Below, in pieces: positions 8,531 through 16,494 of a stretch of 36,542 bases of DNA. The stretch is from a virus (Duplodnaviria; Caudoviricetes), in the IMG/VR virus record IMGVR_UViG_3300017553_000339, positions 1 to 36,542 of that record, one strand, 5' to 3'. The first letter of the stretch is position 1, and the number at the start of each line of letters is the position of its first letter. The notes beneath the pieces are model-generated. The model saw only the letters and a program-made list of their open reading frames with translations. It was not told the origin of the DNA and searched no databases. The translations under genes and the position numbers were made by a program.

Positions 8531-9080
8531 AAAGAAACTGCCATCGCAAGATCATCTTTGCCAGCTTCTGGATTACGATCCAGCCTCCGGCATCCTGACT
8601 TGGCGGGGACGACCTTTGTCGATGTTTTCGGCTGTGAATGGCCGATCCGCTCAAAACTGCCAAAAAGTCTGGAACGCAAAATATGCGGGCACTCAGGCAG
8701 GCGCAAAGCGAACCTATATCGTCCTCAAGATCGAGGGCGAGAGTTATCTGGCTCATCGGCTAATTTGGAAAATGGTAACCGGCAACGACCCTGACGAAAT
8801 CGACCATCGCGACCGCAACAAGCACAACAACCGGTGGGGCAATCTCCGTGACACAAGTCATGCAGTCAATATGCGGAATAAGCCTATCAACCGCCTGAAT
8901 GCGAGTGGGTATAAACATATCCACTGGTCCGCAAAAACAGACCGGTGGGTGGTGCAGTTATCAATTCCGGGGAGAGGGCAAAGGCAGGTCGCTTGGACTC
9001 GCACGCTCGCAGAGGCGGTAGCCGCGCGGAACGCTGCTTATCAAAAATTCGGCTACGATATAAGGATGGAAGCGGCATGA
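8523..9080 (+). CDS. HNH homing endonuclease (AP2-like C-terminus)
   Basis: LDYDPASG.LTW...AHRLIWKM...EIDHRDRNKHNNRWGNLR...N.SGYK; more AT-rich than flanks. Confidence 0.9.
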   Translation: MFKKKLPSQDHLCQLLDYDPASGILTWRGRPLSMFSAVNGRSAQNCQKVWNAKYAGTQAGAKRTYIVLKIEGESYLAHRLIWKMVTGNDPDEIDHRDRNKHNNRWGNLRDTSHAVNMRNKPINRLNASGYKHIHWSAKTDRWVVQLSIPGRGQRQVAWTRTLAEAVAARNAAYQKFGYDIRMEAA

Positions 9081-9394
9081 CCAACCTTGAAGAGCGCCGC
9101 AGTCGCGGTTTCCGCGCCAAGTCCGCACTGGACGAGTTTTTGGCCCCTGCATTCGAGGCTGTCCGCGCCGAATATCTCAGCGCGCTGATGAAAACAGCAA
9201 CCAACGAGCCTTGGGAAACGACCAAAATACGCAACCTCTCGATCGCGCAGAGCGCCATCAACGAGGTGGAGCGCCAGATCAGAGCCATCGTCACGGATGG
9301 TGAAATGGCAGCCAGCCAGAAGTCTCGCGCCGAGAAGATTGCCGCTCTGCCGGAGCACAAGCGCAAATGGATCGACTTTATGAGGAGCTACTGA
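9077..9394 (+). CDS. Conserved helical protein between portal and scaffold
   Basis: ATGA overlap; position typical of this podophage group. Confidence 0.7.
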   Translation: MTNLEERRSRGFRAKSALDEFLAPAFEAVRAEYLSALMKTATNEPWETTKIRNLSIAQSAINEVERQIRAIVTDGEMAASQKSRAEKIAALPEHKRKWIDFMRSY

Positions 9395-9395
9395 C

Positions 9396-10397
9396 ATGTC
9401 CGATATCCGCGCAGCAGAAGAGGCTCTTGGGCCTGAGATCGACGATATCCTCGGCGAAGAAGCGCCGCAGGAAGAGCAGGACGCCAGCGAGGCCGAATCC
9501 CAGCAGGACGCGGAAGAAGCGCTTGCGGACGAGATAGAGGCGGACCTCGCCGCCGAAGAAGGCGACGCAGAGGAAGAGGCCCCCGAAGAGGGTGCCCCCG
9601 AAGAGCCGGAGACGCCGCTCCCCCTGTCCTGGTCGAAGGATGACGCGAAAACATGGGCTGAACTGACGCCGCAGGCGCGGGCGAAGGTGGCGCAGCGTGA
9701 AGCCGAGCGCGACAGCTATCTGCGCCGGGTCGGCAGCGAGGCCGCTCAGGTCAAGCAGGCCGCACAGACAGAGGCCAGAGAGGCGTTGGCGCAGATGCAG
9801 GAGCGCCACGCGGCGGCATTGCGTGAATATGCCCAGCAGTTCGTCTCCCAGCCACCCGATGAAAGGCTGCTTTACACGGGGAATCCCGACGATTATATTA
9901 CCTATCAACGGCAGATGGCCGCCCACCAGCGAAGCGTTGCACAGCAGCAGGAACTGCACCAGCGCATTGAGCAGGCACAGGCGACAGCAGACTCCGCCAG
10001 AGCGCAAAATGCACAAAGCGAGATCGCGGCCGGTCAGGCAATTCTCGCGGAGCGATTGCCCGAATGGAATGACCCGCAAAAGCGTCAGGAAATTCTGAAC
10101 GGATTTGTTCAGACCGCAACCGAGCTTGGGTATCCGCCAGAGGCAATCAAGAGCGCGAACGCATCCGATATTCTCGCAGTCAAGACCGCCATGGACTGGC
10201 GGGAAAAGGCCGCGAAATATGACGCTCTCCAAAAGAAGAAGATGGAAAGCGTCAGGGCTGCGAAGAGCCTGCCCCGCATGGTCAAGCCGGGAGTCAAGCC
10301 CTCGGCAAAACAGACCAGTGCACAGGCGAGCGAGCAAGCGTGGAAAGCCGCTAAATCGGGCGACATGAACGCCATGGCGGACTTCCTCGGTATCTGA
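9396..10397 (+). CDS. Capsid scaffolding protein
   Basis: Acidic N-terminus, P.SWSKD..KTW..L motif, coiled coil; precedes the capsid gene. Confidence 0.85.
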   Translation: MSDIRAAEEALGPEIDDILGEEAPQEEQDASEAESQQDAEEALADEIEADLAAEEGDAEEEAPEEGAPEEPETPLPLSWSKDDAKTWAELTPQARAKVAQREAERDSYLRRVGSEAAQVKQAAQTEAREALAQMQERHAAALREYAQQFVSQPPDERLLYTGNPDDYITYQRQMAAHQRSVAQQQELHQRIEQAQATADSARAQNAQSEIAAGQAILAERLPEWNDPQKRQEILNGFVQTATELGYPPEAIKSANASDILAVKTAMDWREKAAKYDALQKKKMESVRAAKSLPRMVKPGVKPSAKQTSAQASEQAWKAAKSGDMNAMADFLGI

Positions 10398-10445
10398 ACT
10401 TCATGCCCCGTCGCGAGACGGTGCTGCCCTTAGAAGGATTTTTTT

Positions 10446-11417
10446 ATGGCTGTGCCTTCCAATACGATTCAGGCGGCGGCCCGCGTGGGCGTCCGCGAAG
10501 ATTTGTCCGACCGTATCGGCGAACTGTTCCCCGACGATACTCCATTCATCAAGGCAATCGGCACCGGCCCGAAAGCCCAGCAGGTCTACACCGAATGGCA
10601 GACCGACAAGCTCGGCGCGGCCAATCATGACAACAAGACCATTCAGGGCGATGATCTGGCGAATGACAGCCGCCCGAACACGGTCCGCGTCGGCAACTAC
10701 ACGCAGATCATGAAGAAGGTCGTTTCCTCGTCCACCACCATGGAGGCGTCGAACACCGCAGGGCGCCGTTCCGAACTGGCGCGCGAGATCATGAAGTCGG
10801 GCCGGGAAATCCGAACCGACCTCGAAAAGCGCGCCTCCGGCAACTATGCGGCTGTTCCGCCCACCGCTTCGGTGGCGGGTGAAATGGCTGGCGCGCTTGG
10901 GTGGATCACGACCAACGCGGATCGTGGCTCGGGCGGTGCGGACGCGACGCTTTCGGGTGGCACCAGCGGTTACCCCAATGCCGCCGCGACCAACGGCACC
11001 CTTCGCACCTATGCAGAGAGCCAGCTCAAGCAGGTGCTTGCCGATTGCTGGACGGCTGGCGGCAATCCGTCGCTGGTTATCACCAGCGTGGGCCTCAAGC
11101 AGAAGGCGGCGACCTTCGCGGGACTCGCGGACCAGCGCCGCGAGACGGGCAACAAGCGCATCACGATCGTTGCCGGTGCGGACGTGTATGTGTCGGACGT
11201 GGGTGAGGTGCAGTTTGTGCCATCCCGCTTCTCCTCGACGCGGGACGCGCTGGTGGTTGACCCGCAATATTGGGAACTGGCCTACCTCAACCCGCTGAAG
11301 ATCGAGGACCTCGCCAAGACCGGCCTCGCGACCCGCAAGGCAATGCACATGGAGGTCACGCTCCGCTGCCTCAATGAAGCAGCTAGCGGCGTCGTGGCGG
11401 ACGTACAGGCAACCTGA
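10446..11417 (+). CDS. Major capsid protein (DUF5309-like)
   Basis: GVREDLSD.I...DTPF...EWQTD.L...GNYTQI..K...D.YVSD.G...LAKTG...E.TL...NEAA.G. Confidence 0.92.
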   Translation: MAVPSNTIQAAARVGVREDLSDRIGELFPDDTPFIKAIGTGPKAQQVYTEWQTDKLGAANHDNKTIQGDDLANDSRPNTVRVGNYTQIMKKVVSSSTTMEASNTAGRRSELAREIMKSGREIRTDLEKRASGNYAAVPPTASVAGEMAGALGWITTNADRGSGGADATLSGGTSGYPNAAATNGTLRTYAESQLKQVLADCWTAGGNPSLVITSVGLKQKAATFAGLADQRRETGNKRITIVAGADVYVSDVGEVQFVPSRFSSTRDALVVDPQYWELAYLNPLKIEDLAKTGLATRKAMHMEVTLRCLNEAASGVVADVQAT

Positions 11418-11452
11418 TGAAGTTGGGGAGGGTTAGCGCCCTCCCCTTCATC
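11416..11452 (+). terminator. Stem-loop after capsid gene
   Basis: GGGGAGGG-TTAGCG-CCCTCCCC stem, extended by GATGAA/TTCATC; weak U-tract. Confidence 0.55.
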
Positions 11453-11469
11453 CCAGCGGAGAGGTAAAC

Positions 11470-11676
11470 ATGGCCCGCCCTCGCAAAATCCAGACTCCTG
11501 CCGTTGAAACAGTTGTTCAAGGCCAGCCCGGCGATGGGCTGGTCGAAATTACGTCCATCAGTGACGCTCGCATTCACCTTGGCGACGGTCGCAAGCTCGG
11601 ATGGCGTGAAGCCGCCCGCGTAACGCCTGAACTCGCGGCGCTTCTTGAAGAGCGCGGGCAGGTGCGCCGTGTCTGA
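11470..11676 (+). CDS. Small virion-associated hypothetical protein
   Basis: RBS GAGG; MARPRK start; follows capsid gene. Confidence 0.7.
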   Translation: MARPRKIQTPAVETVVQGQPGDGLVEITSISDARIHLGDGRKLGWREAARVTPELAALLEERGQVRRV

Positions 11677-12007
11677 GGGTCGTTGGGAACTTATCGATTA
11701 TAACCCGGAGACCGGCCTGCAAAAGTGGATGGATTACGATCCTGACAAGGATGAAATCCTCATCAGCTACAAGCAGGACGACGCGGCTATTCAGGCCATC
11801 CTGGACCGCAACAAGGAGGCGCAGGCCGACCCTTTCGACCGGCGCTCCGACATGTGGCACGCGGCGCATATCCCGGCTGTCGTGATGTTCGAATGGCTCA
11901 CAAAGCATGGGGTCGATTTTTATAACCCGGACCACAAAGATGGCGTGAAGCGCCTGCTGAACGACCCAGAATATCGGTATCTCCGTTTCAATCATTTCGT
12001 CATGTGA
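11669..12007 (+). CDS. Conserved phage protein (post-capsid)
   Basis: QD...ILDRNKEA...WHAAHIP...WL...G...LNDPEYRYLR motif typical after DUF5309-type capsids. Confidence 0.75.
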   Translation: MSEGRWELIDYNPETGLQKWMDYDPDKDEILISYKQDDAAIQAILDRNKEAQADPFDRRSDMWHAAHIPAVVMFEWLTKHGVDFYNPDHKDGVKRLLNDPEYRYLRFNHFVM

Positions 12008-12016
12008 GGCGCGGCA

Positions 12017-12298
12017 ATGGCTCTTAAAATCACCTATTTCGATAGCTATGATGGCACGACGCGACAGGTATATGGGACCGTCATCGGCGGGGCTTCGGTC
12101 GATCTGACGGAAACAAGCGCTGATCTTGGCACGGTCCCCTCCGGGGCCTCTGTGGCGCGGATTGAGGCGCAGGAGGATTGCCTCATCTCCAACAACGGCG
12201 CGAATGCATCGGCGACGACCGCGCTCTTTCTTGGCGCTGGCAGCATCGTTGATATCGCGGTGCCGCGCTCGGGTCAGTTCAAAGGGATGATTGCATAA
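12017..12298 (+). CDS. Small beta-rich structural protein (possible decoration)
   Basis: G/A/S/T/V-rich; lies in the head-completion region. Confidence 0.6.
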   Translation: MALKITYFDSYDGTTRQVYGTVIGGASVDLTETSADLGTVPSGASVARIEAQEDCLISNNGANASATTALFLGAGSIVDIAVPRSGQFKGMIA

Positions 12299-12954
12299 TG
12301 GTCGCGCTGCCGGTCACTATCCCCGGACAGATTGGCAGCTATATCGACCTGCAAAATCTGGTCGCGGCCTATATGGACCGGGACGATTTGCAGGACCGCC
12401 TGCCAGTCTTTATCGCTCTTGCGGAGAGCCGGTTGAACCGGTTGTTGCGCACGGTCAATCAGGAGTTCCGGGCAATCTGGACCATCGACAGCGAAAGCTG
12501 GGAGATGCCGTCCGATTTTCGCCGCCTGCGCAAAATCCACATCGAGGGGATGCCTGACCGGCCTCTGGTCGAGATCAACCCGCAGTCCGTGGCCTTCAAT
12601 TTCTCCGGCGCGGCGGGTATTCCGACCGCGTATTTCATCGAGGGTCGCACGATAACCTTTGCGCCGCCGCCCGCTGATGAAACGGACTTTCGTGTCACCT
12701 ACTGGCGGCGCATTCCCCCTCTCACGGTAGCCGAGGATACTAACTGGCTGCTGGAAGAGCATGGCGACATCTATCTTTTCGCCGCGCTGCTGGAAGCCTC
12801 GATCTATATCCGCGACCCTGATGCTATCAGCTTGTGTTCGGATAGGCTGGATCAGGCGATTGCCGAACTACAGCAAGAGAGCCGCCTTGACCGTCACGGC
12901 GGCGGTCCGCTTGCGCCCACCGTCATCAGGCAGGTGCGCGGCGCTCGATGCTGA
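12298..12954 (+). CDS. Head-tail adaptor protein
   Basis: Y.DLQ..VA.Y.DRDDL...P.FIALAESRLNR.LR...TNWLL..H.D.YL.A.L.EA motif. Confidence 0.85.
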   Translation: MVALPVTIPGQIGSYIDLQNLVAAYMDRDDLQDRLPVFIALAESRLNRLLRTVNQEFRAIWTIDSESWEMPSDFRRLRKIHIEGMPDRPLVEINPQSVAFNFSGAAGIPTAYFIEGRTITFAPPPADETDFRVTYWRRIPPLTVAEDTNWLLEEHGDIYLFAALLEASIYIRDPDAISLCSDRLDQAIAELQQESRLDRHGGGPLAPTVIRQVRGARC

Positions 12955-14354
12955 AAACGCTCACCCTCCCCGCCTATACGCCTGACGTTCCGCTCACCAC
13001 TGCGGACGTGGCGAACATGATCCCCACATCCACCGGCTATAAGCCTGTAGGGCAGTTTTCCAGCGTCACGGCGGCGCTGACGGGCATATTGGGCGGCGGC
13101 GGCTTCACCGGCCTTGACGGAACCACCGCGCTGCTGGGTGGAACCGCTACCGACCTGTACAACTATGCTGGCGGTGCCTGGACCAGCGTCATGAGCGGTT
13201 TCAGCGCCTCAACGTGGCAATTCTCACAATTTAACAATTACATCATCGGTGTGAATGGCGGCGCTCCGGTTCAATATGAAATCGCGGCAGGCTCAGCCTC
13301 GGCTCTGGCAGGGTCGCCTCCGGTATCCGATCTTGTAGCGACTGTTCGTGACCAGCTTTTCCTTGCTGGTGACCCGGATGCCGTCAACCAGCTTTCCATC
13401 TCCGGCTACAACGACCCGACAGGTTGGACCGCAGGCGACAACCAGTGCCTCTATAACTATTTCCCTTCGGGTGGGAAAATCATGGGCCTGTGCGGTGGAG
13501 AGACCGGCGTCATCCTGCAACAGCGCTCGATCAAGCTCGCGACCTATAACGGCGATAGCGTGACATGGTGGCAGTTCGATGAGATCAGCCGCGATATAGG
13601 CTGCATGGCCAAGGGGTCCGTAGCGCAGGCGGGGAGCCTTGTTTTCTTCTTGTCCGATCAGGGCTTTTGCGTTTGTGACAGAACGAGCGTCACGCCCATC
13701 GGAACCGAGAAGGTCGATGCAACCTTCTTCAAGTCCTATCCGCGCGTGGATATCATCAACAATATCCGGTGCTCGGTAGATCCTCGCTCAACAACCGTGC
13801 ACTGGTCAATGCCGGGCACCCCGGGGCGCGTCTGGTCCTATAACTGGTCGCTCGGCAAGTGGTTCATCCTTGAGACGAACCTCAAGTTCGTTTTTCAGGG
13901 TTTTTCCAGCAATGTGAGCCTTGAGGAACTGGATGCCATGTTCCCGTCTGGCCTCGACCTGATGCCCTATTCGCTGGACGCGACGATTTTCGCTGGTGGC
14001 AATCCGATGCTGTTCATCGTGGATAGCGCCGGTCGTGTCGGCACGATGACCGGCGTTAATATGGCCTGCTATATCCGTATCCCCCCGCTTGAACTGGAAA
14101 AGGGATATCGCGTCCATCTTCGTCGCGTGCGATTGAACGGCGACATGGTGACAGGAACTGTCACCCTCGACGCTCGCGCTCGCGCAGGCGACGATCGGGG
14201 CTATGATGTATCCCGGCCGATCCGTGACTGCGGCGATATGCCGGTCCGCGCGAACGGCCGCCATATTGGCGTGCGGATCAGCCTCCCGGCGGGGGCCGAC
14301 TGGTCTTACCTTGACGGCATCGACCTTGAATATGAGACGGCGGGCAGGCGATGA
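12948..14354 (+). CDS. Tail nozzle / DNA-stabilization protein (P22 gp10 position)
   Basis: Beta-rich 468 aa; IGCMA.GSV...VFFLSDQGF motif; position after the adaptor. Confidence 0.8.
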   Translation: MLKTLTLPAYTPDVPLTTADVANMIPTSTGYKPVGQFSSVTAALTGILGGGGFTGLDGTTALLGGTATDLYNYAGGAWTSVMSGFSASTWQFSQFNNYIIGVNGGAPVQYEIAAGSASALAGSPPVSDLVATVRDQLFLAGDPDAVNQLSISGYNDPTGWTAGDNQCLYNYFPSGGKIMGLCGGETGVILQQRSIKLATYNGDSVTWWQFDEISRDIGCMAKGSVAQAGSLVFFLSDQGFCVCDRTSVTPIGTEKVDATFFKSYPRVDIINNIRCSVDPRSTTVHWSMPGTPGRVWSYNWSLGKWFILETNLKFVFQGFSSNVSLEELDAMFPSGLDLMPYSLDATIFAGGNPMLFIVDSAGRVGTMTGVNMACYIRIPPLELEKGYRVHLRRVRLNGDMVTGTVTLDARARAGDDRGYDVSRPIRDCGDMPVRANGRHIGVRISLPAGADWSYLDGIDLEYETAGRR

Positions 14355-14566
14355 GCGGTCTTTTTCTCCCCCCATCCTCCTCCGATGTGCCGGGATGGAT
14401 CAGGAAAGCCGCTACTGCGGTCAATCACCTGTTGCGCAATCGCTCCTTCCCGTTCGACCGGATGAGCGCCGCCCCCGACGCCCCGGAGGCCGGGCAGGCC
14501 TATTACGACACAACCACGAACAAGGCGCGGGTTTATGACGGTTCAGGATGGATCGACCTTTGGTGA
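14351..14566 (+). CDS. Short tail protein (needle/plug position)
   Basis: P...GQAYYDTTTNKARVYDGSGW fibre-type motif. Confidence 0.6.
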   Translation: MSGLFLPPSSSDVPGWIRKAATAVNHLLRNRSFPFDRMSAAPDAPEAGQAYYDTTTNKARVYDGSGWIDLW

Positions 14567-14924
14567 ATGGGCAGACTATCAGCGGTTTCGCGACCGCCTG
14601 ATCGGAGAGATTGACCCGGCCTATTATACGGCGGAATGGCTCGATCTTCAGATGTTCACCGGAAAATTTCGGCTTCTCTATAATGGCGATTCTGCTATAT
14701 TGATCTCGTTTCGCGAATATCCGACCGGCTTGAAAGAGCTTCACGGAGAGTTCGCGACCGGGGAACTGAGCGTTATCACAGGCTCACTCATCCCCGCAGC
14801 AGAGGCGCTTGGTCGCGCCAGTGGTTGCGGAATAGCGATTATCCAAAGTCGCGCAGGATGGGTGAAAATCATGAAAGCACAGGGTTACGCAAAGCATCAG
14901 ACCAGCATCAGGAAGGTGCTGTAA
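14535..14924 (+). CDS. GNAT-fold-like virion assembly protein
   Basis: Beta-strand run followed by LIPAAEALGRASGC.I..QSRAGW.K....GY; position of P22 gp14 / T7 gp13. Confidence 0.65.
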   Translation: MTVQDGSTFGEWADYQRFRDRLIGEIDPAYYTAEWLDLQMFTGKFRLLYNGDSAILISFREYPTGLKELHGEFATGELSVITGSLIPAAEALGRASGCGIAIIQSRAGWVKIMKAQGYAKHQTSIRKVL

Positions 14925-15781
14925 TGGGCCTCTCCTCATCGAAAACCACCACGACGAACGATGTCAGTGCATCGGCAAAGCCTTATCTGACGAGCGCGTC
15001 AAATGCTGTGCAGAGCGCCTACGACACGAACAGCGCCAACACGTCGAACATGACCGACACGCTTACCAGCCTGTTCAACAGCTATTCCAGCAACCTCGGA
15101 TCAAATCTGTCGAGCGCCTATGACTATGCGAACAGCATCCTGAACAGCGACAGCGCCAGCAACCCCTATTTGCAGAACATCATCGACAGCACGAACAGCA
15201 GCGTCAGCGATTCTGTGAACGCGCTGTTCTCGAAGGCGGGGCAAACCGGCTCGTCGCGCCAGATCGGTGAGCTTGCATCGCAGCTTGCCGAGAATGAGAG
15301 CAACCTGCGCTATACCGACTACAATAATCAGCAGACGCAGAAGCAGCAGGCCGTGCAGGATTTGCTCAGCCTCAACAGCGCGGACAACAGCAATATCTCC
15401 ACGCTCTCGTCGCTCGGGTCCTCGATATCCGATCTGTCATGGGCCGACGCCAGCAATCTCGCCTCCGCGCTCGGCGCGCTCTGGGGCGGAAGCACGACCA
15501 GCACCACCACGAATAGCAGCAGCCTTGCCAGCACTCTCGGTAGCTTGTTGAGCAGTGGAGCCAGTGTAGTTTCGGCCGCCTCCGATCCACGCCTTAAGAC
15601 GGATATCGTAAAGGAAGGAGAGTTTCCTGACGGCCTCGGCATCTATAGCTGGCGGTATATCTGGGATGAGGCCAAGCGGTATCGCGGCGTGATGGCCGAT
15701 GAGGTCGCGAAGTTGCGGCCTTGGGCGCTTGGTCCGAAGATCATGGGTGAATATCTCACCGTCAACTATGGTGCGCTCTGA
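14924..15781 (+). CDS. Ejection (pilot) protein 1 with C-terminal peptidase S74 autocleaving chaperone domain
   Basis: Starts MGLSSSK (TAATG overlap). C-terminal SDPRLKTDI...GVMADEV..L.P.A...VNY is the S74 signature. Confidence 0.8.
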   Translation: MGLSSSKTTTTNDVSASAKPYLTSASNAVQSAYDTNSANTSNMTDTLTSLFNSYSSNLGSNLSSAYDYANSILNSDSASNPYLQNIIDSTNSSVSDSVNALFSKAGQTGSSRQIGELASQLAENESNLRYTDYNNQQTQKQQAVQDLLSLNSADNSNISTLSSLGSSISDLSWADASNLASALGALWGGSTTSTTTNSSSLASTLGSLLSSGASVVSAASDPRLKTDIVKEGEFPDGLGIYSWRYIWDEAKRYRGVMADEVAKLRPWALGPKIMGEYLTVNYGAL

Positions 15782-16494
15782 TGGCGATGTTCGGATATTC
15801 TCCCGCCGCCGCCGCTTCGGCGGTCGCCAGCTTCGTTGACCCAACCAGGTACAGCCCGCCAGCGGACGACAGCGACACCAAGCAGAAGTTCGGATGGGTC
15901 GATGCCATCGGCGCGTTGGGTGACGCCCTCTCATCGGCCGGAGGCGGTCAGGCAACGTACCTCCCTGTCCTTATGCAGCAGCGCGAGCTTGCTGAGAAGC
16001 GGCGGCAGCGCCAGCAGGACTATGCTCAGCAGGTGGCGTTGCAGCGGGAGAAGGCACTAGCGGCGGCTGCGAATAAGGAGCCTTACCGCTGGCGAGACAA
16101 CGCCGGGAACCTGATGGAAATTGGACCTGACGGCCAAGTCCGCACTGCGTACAAGGACCCGACCGATAAACTGAACTGGATTCAGGCTCGCGACCCGGTG
16201 ACGGGCGCGCTGAGCATTATCCCCGTTGGCCCGAACGGCCCTATTGGTATGGAAGGAGGTGGTCCAGCATCTCCGCAGCCGGGGGCGGTCAATGCCCCGG
16301 CACAGTCTGATGGCGGCTTTCTGACGTTCGACCAGTATCGGTCAATGCAACAAGGCATGGGTGGGGGTGGATTTTCAGCATGGCAGGGAAAATTCGGCAC
16401 GCCGGTCGAGGTCACCAGCAAGGACCAGATGGACGCGCTACCCTCTGGAACGCGCTTTGTCGCGCCTGATGGCTCTGTAAGGACGAAACGATAA
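15781..16494 (+). CDS. Ejection protein 2
   Basis: G/A/Q-rich, amphipathic N-terminal helix, C-terminal ALPSGTRFVAPDG motif; operon position. Confidence 0.7.
   Translation: MAMFGYSPAAAASAVASFVDPTRYSPPADDSDTKQKFGWVDAIGALGDALSSAGGGQATYLPVLMQQRELAEKRRQRQQDYAQQVALQREKALAAAANKEPYRWRDNAGNLMEIGPDGQVRTAYKDPTDKLNWIQARDPVTGALSIIPVGPNGPIGMEGGGPASPQPGAVNAPAQSDGGFLTFDQYRSMQQGMGGGGFSAWQGKFGTPVEVTSKDQMDALPSGTRFVAPDGSVRTKR

Noticed and set aside
5255-14375. Many long antisense and alternate-frame ORFs over structural genes
   Set aside because: Expected shadow ORFs in high-GC DNA; no RBS or recognisable motifs.
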